Source: an uncultured delta proteobacterium (GTDB lineage: Bacteria; Desulfobacterota; Binatia; UBA9968). From it: a DNA stretch of 64,000 nt. This document shows positions 51,388 through 61,311 of the stretch, in pieces. The stretch covers positions 256,001 to 320,000 of the forward strand of contig CAVUVW010000015.1 of NCBI GenBank assembly GCA_963745035.1, in the 5' to 3' direction. The notes under the pieces were generated by a model, which was given only the letters and a program-made list of their open reading frames with translations, did not search any database and was not told the DNA's origin. The translations under genes and the position numbers were made by a program. Numbering within the stretch: position 1 is the stretch's first letter; every line of letters starts with the position of its first letter.

Positions 51388-53212
51388 ATGGAGTTTCTCA
51401 ACCCTGCCGCCCTGCTCGGGCTGCTCGCCCTGCCGCTGCTGCTGATTCCTTACCTGGTAAGGCGCAAGCCGCGCCGCATGGTATTTTCAAGTCTCCTGCT
51501 TTTTCTCGAGGGCGGCACCCGCGCCAGCCGCCCTCTCGGACGCATCAATCTGCCGCCGCTGTTTTTTCTCCAGCTGCTGCTGCTGGCGCTGCTGATCTTG
51601 GCGCTGAGCGAGCCGGTCTTTTCGGTCCGGCCGACCAACGTCGCCTTGGTCCTGGACAACTCGGCGAGCATGCAAGCCGTGGAAGACGGCAAAGCCAGAT
51701 TCGATCTCGCCAAAGAAAAACTCGGCGCCGTCGCCGGCGAGCTCAGCCCGTCCGGGTTGATCGATCTCTACCTGACCGTGCCGCAACTGGCGAAATTCAA
51801 TCGCGACCCGTGGAGCCCGGCCCAGGCGCTCGACGCTGTGGGCAAGCTCGGCGCCTATGACCTGGGCGATGCGCCGATCGACTATGATCAGGCCTTGAAC
51901 CAATTGGTCCGCGAGCAAAAGTACCAGCGCGTTTATTTATTCACCGACCATCCCGCGGCCGAGCAAAGCGCGACAATTCGAGTCGTTTCCATCGGCCGGC
52001 CGCGCGCGAATCTCGCCGTCACCGGCTTTGAGGTTCACCGCAGCTCGCTCGTCGACGCGCGCATGGAGGCAAGCGCGGCCGTGGCCAACTTCTCCGGCCG
52101 TGACGAAAAGATTCAGGTTGTGCTCAAGGCCGGCGACGCCACGTTGGCCAGTCGGGAGATCGCCGTTCCCGCCGACAAGACCTCGACGGTGAATTTTGCC
52201 GGGTTTGCGGAGCGGCCGTACTACGAAATCGAGATCGGCGCGCGCGATGCCTTGGCCCTCGACAATCGCCGTTTCGCCGTCGCTCCCAGATCGCGCAGCC
52301 TGCGCATCCTCGCAGTCACTCCGCGTCCCCAGGCCGCCGCGAGCCTCAAGACCATTCAAGGCGTCAGCGTGGACACGGCGGCCCCCGCCGAATACGGCAA
52401 CGTCGTCCGCGGCGGGCATGATCTTGAGATTTTCCATTACTCGTCGCCCGCGCGCCTGCCGGAAAGCCCCGCGCTGTTTATTTTGCCGCCGGAGAACAGC
52501 TCGCTGGTCGATTTGGGCGCGCCGATGTCAAAGCCCCAGATTTCCGGTTGGCGCGAGCCGCACCGGCTCACCCGTTACGTGAATTTCAGCCTGCTCCGAC
52601 CGACTTACGCCCGGCCGTTGCGGCCGCAAACCGCCGGCCAGGTGATCCTCGAAGGTCCGGGCGGCGCGCTCGCCTTCGCCGTCGAGCAGCGCGGCATCCG
52701 CTATCTCACCCTCGGATTCGATCCCCTGCCGTATCTCGGGCCGCGACAATTTGCCGATGTCGATCTTTACCCTCAACCTTCTCGATTGGTTCTTCGAGAG
52801 CGCCGGGGCGCGGGCTCAGGCGACCGGAGAACCGATTCCGCTCGGCTCCGTCGAGCCGGGCGACTCGCTCACGACTCCCGCGGGTCAAGACGTCGGCCTC
52901 AAGCGCGGCGCCGGCTATTTCCAGCCCACCTTTCAGCAGGGAATTTATCGGCGCAGCCGGGCCGGCGTAAGCGACCTATTCGCCCGCAACTTGGGGGCTA
53001 TCGGCGAATCGGACCTGCGCCACACCACGCCCATCGAGTTGCGCGGCCAGGCGGCGGCCGCCGCCAGCGCCTCGACGCTGTTTTCCTTCTGGCCCTACCT
53101 CGTGCTCGCTTCGCTGCTGCTTTTCATGCTTGAATGGTTTCTCTACCCGCGCTCGCCGCCGGCGCTGTCTGGAGCGCGCCGGGGCTGGCGGCAGATGGTG
53201 GCGCGCCGATGA
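51388..53212 (+). CDS. BatA/vWA domain membrane protein (frameshift near 52745)
   Basis: MEFLNPAAL BatA N-terminus, VLDNSASM MIDAS, FTD, C-terminal TM LLLFMLEW. Confidence 0.87.
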
Positions 53213-55761
53213 CTGCGATGTTCGCGGATATCGTTTTCGCCAAACCGGCCTTTCTCTGGCTGCTTGTGCTCCTGCCGCTGCTTTGGCTGCGCGCGCGCCA
53301 GCGCCGTTTCGCGGTGGTGATCGCCCGCACTTTGATCCTCGCCCTGGTGATTCTCACTCTCGCCGATCCGCAGTCGGCGAGCCAACATTCGCGCCGCCAG
53401 GAGCGCGTCTTCGCCTTCGATGCCTCCGACAGTATTCCCGCTTCGGTGCGGCAGTGGATGAAAAACTCACGCAACGGTCTGTCGGCGCCCGGCAGTGGCG
53501 ATCGCGTTTTCATCTTCGGCTCGAGCGCGGCCGAGGTCGCCGATTGGAGCGCACACCTCGACGGCGACCGATCGAAGGCAGTCGCGATCCAACCCGGGAA
53601 AACCAACCTTGAGAGTGTGTTGCAGGCTGTCTTGGCGCTGCCGCCGGCGCCGCGCAATCTTTACCTGTTCACCGACGGGTGGGAAACCGAAGGAAATATC
53701 GAACGGGTGCTGCCGGCGGTGGCCGCGGCGGGGATCAGAATTCATCCGATAGTACCGGCCGGCCGGCCGGCGATTCCAAATATTGCCGTGACCAAGCTGC
53801 TGGCGCCGACCCAGGGCAGCAGCGGCGAGAGCCTGAACCTCAAAGTCGTGGTCGAGAATCAAAGCGACCAGCCGATCGATGGGACATTGGCGCTGGCGCG
53901 CAACGGCCAGACATTCAAGACCGAGACGGTCAAGGTGGATCCGGGAAGCCAGGTTTTTTCCTTTCAGACTACGCCGGCGGAAGGCGCTTTGACTTCTTTT
54001 CAGGCGGCGTTTACTCCGCGCCAAGCCAACCTCGACAGCTACCCGGCCGACAACCGCGCTTTGGCGTGGGTTTCGGTGCGCGCCAAAGCCAAAGTTCTGC
54101 TGATTAACGGTGCGAGCGGCGCCGGCCGCCACTTGGAAGAAATTCTCAAACGGCAGGGTCTCGACGTCACCGTGCGCGCGCCTGAGAACTCGCCGGCTCC
54201 CACCGGTTATAAAGTTGTCATTTTTAATAACGCCGAGCGCGACAAGTTTTCTTCCGCTTATCTCGCGGCGGTGGAAAAGCACGTCGCCGCCGGCAATGGC
54301 TTTATCATGCTCGGCGCCGATGCGAGCTTTGCGCCCACCAGTTACCGCCAGACGCCGATCGAGCGGGTCTTGCCGGTGGAGCCGAGAGAGCCGCCCAAGC
54401 GCGAAGAAAAAAACCGCGCGATCGTTCTGGTCATCGACAAGTCGGGCAGCATGCGCGACGACAACCGGATCGTCTATGCCAAGGAAGCCGCCAAGGCGGT
54501 CGCGCGCCAACTCAGGGACATCGATCTGCTTGGCGTCGTGGGATTCGATGATGCGCCGTTCGTGGTCGTCTATCTGGAAACCATGGCGCGCCTGCGCGGC
54601 GTGATCGAAACCCAGATTGATAGGCTCAAGCCCGGCGGGCAAACCTACTTTCTCCCTGCCATTCTGGAGGCGAGACGGCAGCTCGAACGGGCCAACGCGA
54701 CGCGTAAGCATATTATTCTGTTGAGCGATGGAGTGACCCGTGGCAGTCAGGGCGAGCTCGTCGATCTGGTCAGCTCGATGAAGAATGATTCCAAGATCAC
54801 GGTTTCAGCCGTGGCGATCAGCACCGAGGCCGACGTCCGGATCATGAAGCGGCTGAGCCAATATGGCGGCGGGTTGTTTCACCACACGATCGACCCCTCG
54901 AGCTTGCCCCAAATCGTTTTGGATCAGCTTCAAGACAAGCCCAAAGATGAGCCGCAGAACGAGGGACCCTGGACGCCCATTCCCGACCGCGGCTCGGAAC
55001 TGTTGGCGGGAGTCGCCGCCCGAGCTTATCCGAGCGTTCTCGGATTTATGGAAACTGACCTCAAGAAGGGCGCACGGATGGACTTGGCGGTCCAGCGCCA
55101 GGATCGCCGCCTGCCGCTCTTGGCGTCGTGGCGCTATGGCCAGGGCAAATCGATCGCATTCACCATGGACTTGGAGGGCCGCTGGAGCCGGAACTGGATT
55201 CCGTGGAGCGGCCTGCAAGGTTTTTGGAATCGGCTCTTGGAATGGCTCGCGCCGCCCGAAGAAAATCTGGTTCCGGCCCATGAAGCCCGGGTGACCTTTT
55301 CGGAAAATCAGTCGGTTCTCGACCTCTCGATCTATGAAGAGGTCGCTGCCAACAGCCAGTACCGTTTCACCCTCAGCGGCAAGTCCAAGGCCGAAGGTAC
55401 GCTTACCAAGCTGGCACCGGGACACTATCAAACTGTCCTGCCGGCGACGGAGCCAGGCGACTACCGGATCGACGTCTCGGAGGATCGGGGTGGCCGGCGG
55501 ATCGCCTTTCCGCCGGTCGGCTATAGCCTTGCCTACTCGTTGAATGGCGAATTGCCGCGGCCGGATTTCAACACGCGCCTGCTCGCCCGCATGGCCGAAG
55601 CCACCGGTGGCGAGATCAACCCGGCCTCCAGTCAGACACAGGCGCAGGTCAGCACAACTAAAAGCTATGCACCGCTGAAACAGCCGTTGATTATCCTGGC
55701 GTTTTGCCTGTTCTTGGTCGAAGTGGCGCTGCGGAAGTTTGTCTTTGCCGAGCCCGATTGA
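53209..55761 (+). CDS. Large double-vWA / glutamine amidotransferase-like membrane protein
   Basis: DASDS and DKSGS MIDAS motifs, FTDG, LLSDG, PLLASWRYGQGKSIAFT.D, C-terminal TM. Confidence 0.88.
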   Translation: MTAMFADIVFAKPAFLWLLVLLPLLWLRARQRRFAVVIARTLILALVILTLADPQSASQHSRRQERVFAFDASDSIPASVRQWMKNSRNGLSAPGSGDRVFIFGSSAAEVADWSAHLDGDRSKAVAIQPGKTNLESVLQAVLALPPAPRNLYLFTDGWETEGNIERVLPAVAAAGIRIHPIVPAGRPAIPNIAVTKLLAPTQGSSGESLNLKVVVENQSDQPIDGTLALARNGQTFKTETVKVDPGSQVFSFQTTPAEGALTSFQAAFTPRQANLDSYPADNRALAWVSVRAKAKVLLINGASGAGRHLEEILKRQGLDVTVRAPENSPAPTGYKVVIFNNAERDKFSSAYLAAVEKHVAAGNGFIMLGADASFAPTSYRQTPIERVLPVEPREPPKREEKNRAIVLVIDKSGSMRDDNRIVYAKEAAKAVARQLRDIDLLGVVGFDDAPFVVVYLETMARLRGVIETQIDRLKPGGQTYFLPAILEARRQLERANATRKHIILLSDGVTRGSQGELVDLVSSMKNDSKITVSAVAISTEADVRIMKRLSQYGGGLFHHTIDPSSLPQIVLDQLQDKPKDEPQNEGPWTPIPDRGSELLAGVAARAYPSVLGFMETDLKKGARMDLAVQRQDRRLPLLASWRYGQGKSIAFTMDLEGRWSRNWIPWSGLQGFWNRLLEWLAPPEENLVPAHEARVTFSENQSVLDLSIYEEVAANSQYRFTLSGKSKAEGTLTKLAPGHYQTVLPATEPGDYRIDVSEDRGGRRIAFPPVGYSLAYSLNGELPRPDFNTRLLARMAEATGGEINPASSQTQAQVSTTKSYAPLKQPLIILAFCLFLVEVALRKFVFAEPD

Positions 55762-55868
55762 CACAACATCTTTAGAGTTCCGCCAATCGCCTTAAACCGC
55801 CAGACTCTCTGTTTTTTCGTTTGACACCAAAGCCGAAACCAATTAAAACTCAAAAATCCTTTTTAATT

Positions 55869-57293
55869 ATGCGGCTTAGGTCGACAGCAAGGCAACTCAT
55901 CCCAGTGGCTCTCCAAGCGGAGGCGCGGCGGGATTTTTTTCACGGCCAGATTAACAAACTGGCATGGTTTTTTGCTGTGGCCGCGGCTTTTGCTGTCAAC
56001 GCCCCCGACGCCCACGCTTCCAAGCAACAAGCCGCTCGCAAAGAAGCCGTCAAAAGCAAAACCAACCCAGCGCCCTCGTCGACCGGAAAGATCGCGTCGG
56101 CGCAACCGCGAAAAACCTGGATGCGTTCACCCCTGCCGGAGCCGATTGATCCGTTTGAGACCCGCGAGCACACGCTGCACCGGGTGCGGCAGGGTGAAAC
56201 AGTCTCCGACATGCTCGGTCGCTACGCGCTTCCGGAAGTTGAGAAGCGACTCTGGCTACGCGCCCTCACCCGTGACATTGGCCGGCGGCCCCTGCCGGTG
56301 GGCAGGGAAGTTCATCTTTATTTCGCCAAGCCCACTCTGACCCGGGCTAAACCGGGCTCTCCCGGCCAGCTAAAGGCCCTGGAGTTCGACCAAGACGACG
56401 CCTTCACCCTCGCCTGGGAAAAAGGCATGAGAGGAATTCTTTTTCAGCGCCGGGAAAAGCCCTACGACGTTGAAATCAAATCGATCAGCGCCGAGGTCGA
56501 AACCTCGTTGTTCGAAGACGGCCGCAGGGCCGGGGTGCATCCGGCTTTGCTCTCGCAGCTCGCCGACATCTTTACCTGGGACGTCGACCTGAGCAAAGCC
56601 GTGGGCAAGGGCGATACCTTTAAGATCCTTTACGAGCAGCGCAGCCGAAAGGGCCGGGAGAGCAATCTGGCGATGCGCATCCTCGCTGCCGAGCTCAACA
56701 ATGCCGGCCAAAAGCACACCGCGGTTTATTTCGAGAAGCAAAAGGGCCAGGGTAATTATTACAACTTGGAAGGCCGCAGCCTGGCGCGGGCCTTCCTCCG
56801 CTTTCCGCTTGAGTTCACGAGCATTACTTCGCATTTCACCGAATCTCGCTTTCATCCCATTTTAAAGACTACCTTGCCGCACATGGGGGTGGACTTCGCC
56901 GCTCAAAGAGGCACGCCGGTCCGCGCCGTCGGTGACGGCGTCATCAGCGAAGCGGGCTGGAACGGTCGCTACGGCAAGACAATCGATATCAAGCACGACG
57001 CCACGTACACCAGCCGCTATGCCCATTTGCACGGTTTTGCCCCGGGAATTCAGGCGGGGACAAGCGTCATCAAAGGACAAATTATCGGCTACGTCGGCTC
57101 GACCGGCAGAGCCACTGGCCCGCATCTTCACTTCGAGCTCTACAAAGACCAGCAGTTTATTGACCCCCTGAGCGTCGATTTTCCCGCCGAAGAAAGCATC
57201 GAGCCAGCGTTGCAAAAGATCTTTGAGACTCAAACTCACACGTATCTCGTCGAGCTTTCCGCGCTTCCCCTGGTCTCCTCTCCGCAATCGTAA
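55869..57293 (+). CDS. M23 family peptidoglycan DD-endopeptidase (MepM-like)
   Basis: RFHPIL, HMGVDF, YAHL, GSTGRATGPHLHFE. Confidence 0.92.
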   Translation: MRLRSTARQLIPVALQAEARRDFFHGQINKLAWFFAVAAAFAVNAPDAHASKQQAARKEAVKSKTNPAPSSTGKIASAQPRKTWMRSPLPEPIDPFETREHTLHRVRQGETVSDMLGRYALPEVEKRLWLRALTRDIGRRPLPVGREVHLYFAKPTLTRAKPGSPGQLKALEFDQDDAFTLAWEKGMRGILFQRREKPYDVEIKSISAEVETSLFEDGRRAGVHPALLSQLADIFTWDVDLSKAVGKGDTFKILYEQRSRKGRESNLAMRILAAELNNAGQKHTAVYFEKQKGQGNYYNLEGRSLARAFLRFPLEFTSITSHFTESRFHPILKTTLPHMGVDFAAQRGTPVRAVGDGVISEAGWNGRYGKTIDIKHDATYTSRYAHLHGFAPGIQAGTSVIKGQIIGYVGSTGRATGPHLHFELYKDQQFIDPLSVDFPAEESIEPALQKIFETQTHTYLVELSALPLVSSPQS

Positions 57294-57420
57294 GTCCGTA
57301 CCGGTGGCTAGCCGTCTCGCGGCCGTCCCGGAAACTGTAAAATCATTGCGCCTAATGCTTGCGTGCCTGGGCAGAGAATCGGTTTCGCGACCGCCAGGGT
57401 GCCGTCAATCCTAATTGAGC

Positions 57421-57891
57421 ATGCGTCAAATCATACGTAATTTTATCCTGCTGCTCGCGAGCGGCGCCGGAATCGGTTATTTGCCGCGCATGCCCGGCAC
57501 CTTGGGAACGTTGGTTGGCCTGCCGGTGTCACTCGCCATCAACCGCTTGGAGCAGGCCTACCCGCTGCTTGGCATGGGCGCGCTCGTGGGCCTGGCCGTC
57601 GTCGCGATCGTTGTCGCCGGCCATGCGGCACGTCTTTTGAGCGCGAAAGATCCGCAAATCATCGTCATCGATGAAATCGCCGGCTTCGCCCTGGCCAACT
57701 TTCTCAGCGACACTGCGACGGCGATCGTTGGCGCGTTTGTCTTGTTTCGTCTTTTTGATATTGCCAAAGTATATCCCGCGCGCCGGCTCGAAAGACTGAC
57801 CGGCGGCGCCGGAGTCGTATTGGATGATCTGCTCGCGGGACTTTACGTTTTCGTGATTTTACGCCTGCTTTCCTGGATGGGGCTGCTATGA
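57421..57891 (+). CDS. pgpA: Phosphatidylglycerophosphatase A
   Basis: PGTLGT, DPQIIVIDEIAG, FRLFDIAK, GVVLDDLLAG. Confidence 0.95.
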   Translation: MRQIIRNFILLLASGAGIGYLPRMPGTLGTLVGLPVSLAINRLEQAYPLLGMGALVGLAVVAIVVAGHAARLLSAKDPQIIVIDEIAGFALANFLSDTATAIVGAFVLFRLFDIAKVYPARRLERLTGGAGVVLDDLLAGLYVFVILRLLSWMGLL

Positions 57892-59126
57892 AGACCAGCG
57901 CGGTAATCCTCAGCACCGGCGACGAGCTCACCACCGGCAGGGTCGTGGACACCAACTCGGCCGTAATCGCGGAACGCCTCTACTCGGTCGGGATCAATGT
58001 CGCCGCCGTGCTCAAAGTCGGCGACGACCGGGAAAGACTCGGCTGGGCGTTGGATCAGGCCCGCAACCTGGGCGATGTGATCATCGGCACGGGTGGACTC
58101 GGCCCCACGGCCGATGATTTAAGCGCCGCAGCGGTGGCGGAATTTCTCGGCTGCCGGTTAGTGCAAGACGAGGCGGTGGCACGGGGCCTCAAGGAACGCT
58201 TTAAAGCGCGCGGCATCCCCTGGACGGAAAACAACCTCAAACAGGCGCTTTTCCCGCAAGGCGCGCTCATCATCGCCAACCCCGTCGGCACCGCGCCGGG
58301 ATTTCGCGTGAGCGTGGCGCCCGGCAAAGATCTCGTTTGGCTCTCCGGCGTGCCCGAGGAAATGACCGCCATGTTCGATGCCACGGTCATGCCCTGGCTC
58401 CGCTCAGAGTGCGGAGAGAGAAATGAGATTTACTCCCGCGCATTTAAAATCTATGGACTGACGGAATCGAAGCTCGACAGTCTGGTAAGACCGATCGCCT
58501 TGTCTTCCCGTGAAAAACTTTCCTTTCGCGCCCACTTTCCGGACCTGACCCTGCGCTTGACGGCACTGGGAGAGCGCCGCGACGAGGGGAATTTCGTCAC
58601 GCGCTGCGAGCAAATTCGCGGCGTTCTCGGCTCGCACATCTACGCCGAGGGCGACGTGACGATGGAGGAAGAGGTCGGACGGCTCCTGGCGGAAAAAAAA
58701 TCTACTCTTGCCCTGGCGGAGTCCTGCACCGGCGGTTTGATCAGCCGGCGCATCGCGCGCATCGCCGGCAGCTCGGCCTATTATCTGGGCGGCGTGGTGA
58801 GTTATGCCAACGGCGCCAAGATCGAGTTGCTCGGCGTCAAGCCTGACACTTTGGAAAAATACGGCGCGGTGAGCGAGCAAACGGCTAAGGAAATGGCGCG
58901 GGGCATACGCGAAAGAACCGGCGCGACCGTCGCGCTCAGCGTTACCGGCATCGCCGGCCCCTCGGGCGGAAGCCCGGAAAAGCCGGTGGGAACCGTGTGG
59001 ATGAGCATCGCCCAAGCGGGCGGCGAAGAAGCGCGCCGGTTTCATTTTTTCGGCAACCGCGAGCGCGTCATTCTCGGCGCCTCCCAAGCCGGCCTCAACT
59101 GGCTGCGAGCCGCTCTCCTGACCTAG
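57888..59126 (+). CDS. cinA: Competence/damage-inducible protein A
   Basis: GDEL..G..DTN, GGLGPT.DD, AESCTGG, GAVS, TGIAGP.GG..EKPVGTV. Confidence 0.95.
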   Translation: MKTSAVILSTGDELTTGRVVDTNSAVIAERLYSVGINVAAVLKVGDDRERLGWALDQARNLGDVIIGTGGLGPTADDLSAAAVAEFLGCRLVQDEAVARGLKERFKARGIPWTENNLKQALFPQGALIIANPVGTAPGFRVSVAPGKDLVWLSGVPEEMTAMFDATVMPWLRSECGERNEIYSRAFKIYGLTESKLDSLVRPIALSSREKLSFRAHFPDLTLRLTALGERRDEGNFVTRCEQIRGVLGSHIYAEGDVTMEEEVGRLLAEKKSTLALAESCTGGLISRRIARIAGSSAYYLGGVVSYANGAKIELLGVKPDTLEKYGAVSEQTAKEMARGIRERTGATVALSVTGIAGPSGGSPEKPVGTVWMSIAQAGGEEARRFHFFGNRERVILGASQAGLNWLRAALLT

Positions 59127-59136
59127 CCGTTTTGCC

Positions 59137-59700
59137 GTGATTCGCGCCTTCATTGCAGTCACACTCAACTCCGCGGTCATCGAAAAAATCGCTGGCGCAA
59201 GCACACAGCTTAGAGCGGAAATCCCTGGGGTGCGCTGGGTGGCACCTGCGAATTTTCATTTGACGGTCAAATTTTTGGGTAGCATCGACGAGGCGTTGAT
59301 CGAGCGAATCCAGAAGACCCTCGAGCAGCAACTTCGCCTCTTTCCGCGCTTCACCATTAGTGCTAAAGGACTAGGAGTATTTCCTGGCCCCAAACGACCG
59401 CGTGTGTTATGGGTCGGCTTGAATAGCGACCGTCTGATTTCGTTGGCTTCGCGAGTGGAATCTGCGCTGCAGCCGCTTGGCTTTGCGGCGGAGAGCAGAG
59501 CGTTCACGCCGCATTTAACGATCGGACGCTGGCGTCAGACCGATGTTCCGCCGGAATCATTGGGGCGGCAATTGGAAAACTGGAAGGCGTATGACTTCGG
59601 CGCATCCCGTGTGGAATGCGTGAAGGTCATTCAAAGCCTGCTCAAACCCGACGGCGCAAGTTACGCCGATTTAGCTACGATTCCGCTCAAGGTAGAATGA
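59137..59700 (+). CDS. thpR: RNA 2',3'-cyclic phosphodiesterase (2H)
   Basis: [27 protein letters not shown]. Confidence 0.93.
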   Translation: MIRAFIAVTLNSAVIEKIAGASTQLRAEIPGVRWVAPANFHLTVKFLGSIDEALIERIQKTLEQQLRLFPRFTISAKGLGVFPGPKRPRVLWVGLNSDRLISLASRVESALQPLGFAAESRAFTPHLTIGRWRQTDVPPESLGRQLENWKAYDFGASRVECVKVIQSLLKPDGASYADLATIPLKVE

Positions 59701-59725
59701 ACCGGCGCGGCGAAGGAGACGACTG

Positions 59726-60790
59726 ATGGATGTAAATCGAGAAAAGGCAATCGACTTGGCGGTCAGCCAGATCGAGCGGCAGTTCGGCAAAGGCGCCATC
59801 ATGAAGCTCGGCGAGGGCGGCGTGGTCAAAGATGTGCCGGTGGTTTCGACCGGGTCGCTCGGTCTCGATATCGCGCTCGGGATTGGCGGCGTGCCGCGCG
59901 GCCGCGTAGTGGAGATCTATGGCCCTGAGTCGTCGGGCAAGACGACGCTGGCGCTACAAATCGTTGCGGAAGCGCAGAAACTCGGCGGCATGGGCGCATA
60001 CATCGATGCCGAGCACGCGTTGGATCTAGGTTATGCGAAGAAACTCGGCGTCCAGACCGATGACCTGCTCGTCTCACAACCCGATCATGGCGAGCAGGCT
60101 TTAGAGATCGCCGAGACTCTGGTGCGCAGCGGCGCCATCGACGTGCTCGTGATCGATTCCGTGGCCGCTCTCGTCCCCAAAGCGGAAATCGAGGGCGAGA
60201 TGGGCGATTCCCATATGGGCCTGCAAGCGCGGCTCATGTCGCAGGCTTTGCGAAAATTGACCGGAACCATTGCCCGCTCGATGACGGTCGTCATCTTCAT
60301 CAACCAGATTCGCATGAAGATCGGCGTGATGTTCGGCAATCCGGAAACTACAACGGGGGGCAACGCCCTCAAATTCTACGCGTCCGTGCGCATGGACATC
60401 CGACGTATCGGCGCGCTCAAAGACGGCGACAATGTGATCGGCGGACGAACCCGCGTGAAAGTCGTAAAGAACAAAGTGGCGCCGCCGTTCAAGGAAGCCG
60501 AATTCGATATTCTTTACGGCGTGGGCATTTCCCGCGACGGCGAGATTGTCGACCTCGGCAGCGAGAGCGGCATCGTCGAGAAAAGTGGCGCATGGTACTC
60601 CTACGGGAGCGAGAGAATAGGCCAAGGCCGGGAAGCCGCGAAGCAGTTTCTTAAGGACCACCCGGAGACCGCAAGCGAGATCATGGGTAAAGTTATGGAA
60701 AAAACAGGCGTGAAACGGACCGCGCCCGAGGCTCCTGCGGCCAATACTCCCGCTGGAGCGGATAAAAAGGAAAAGGCCAGGGGAAGATAG
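59726..60790 (+). CDS. recA: Recombinase A
   Basis: [45 protein letters not shown]. Confidence 0.99.
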   Translation: MDVNREKAIDLAVSQIERQFGKGAIMKLGEGGVVKDVPVVSTGSLGLDIALGIGGVPRGRVVEIYGPESSGKTTLALQIVAEAQKLGGMGAYIDAEHALDLGYAKKLGVQTDDLLVSQPDHGEQALEIAETLVRSGAIDVLVIDSVAALVPKAEIEGEMGDSHMGLQARLMSQALRKLTGTIARSMTVVIFINQIRMKIGVMFGNPETTTGGNALKFYASVRMDIRRIGALKDGDNVIGGRTRVKVVKNKVAPPFKEAEFDILYGVGISRDGEIVDLGSESGIVEKSGAWYSYGSERIGQGREAAKQFLKDHPETASEIMGKVMEKTGVKRTAPEAPAANTPAGADKKEKARGR

Positions 60791-60830
60791 TTTTCAACCT
60801 ATTCTGGCTAGAAGAAAAGAGAGAAGCAGC

Positions 60831-61304
60831 TTGGAGCTGCCCGGCTCCGAAGCAGATGCGTTGCGAGTGGCGCTGCGCTACCTAGGATACCGCTCACGCA
60901 GCGAGGCCGAAGTTCGACGGTATCTAAGCCGGCGCGGTTGCGCGCGTGGCGCCGCCGATTCAGTCATCGAAAAACTGCGTTCCCTGCACTATTTGAACGA
61001 CGAGAGTTTCGCGCACGGCTGGGCGCTCGGGCGCGCTCGAGAGCGCGGTTACGGTCCTCATCGGATCGAGCAGGAATTGAGGAGCAAGGGTATCGGCCTA
61101 CCTCTGATCCGGGACGCGCTGCGCGATACCTTCGACCAAGTCGACGAAACGGAGCGCGCCAAAGGGCTCTTGGCCAGACATTTCAAAGGCAGCGATCTTA
61201 CCGAGCCCAGAATATTGCGCCGCGCGGCGGCCTTTTTACACCGCCGCGGCTATGGCAGCAAAGTGATTTTTAATTTGCTACGCTATTCTATAGAAGATGA
61301 TTGA
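60831..61304 (+). CDS. recX: Regulatory protein RecX
   Basis: ALRYLGYR.RSE.E, YLNDE.FA, G..RI.QEL..KG, RRGY; directly after recA. Confidence 0.92.
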   Translation: MELPGSEADALRVALRYLGYRSRSEAEVRRYLSRRGCARGAADSVIEKLRSLHYLNDESFAHGWALGRARERGYGPHRIEQELRSKGIGLPLIRDALRDTFDQVDETERAKGLLARHFKGSDLTEPRILRRAAAFLHRRGYGSKVIFNLLRYSIEDD

Positions 61305-61311
61305 CAGAGCC

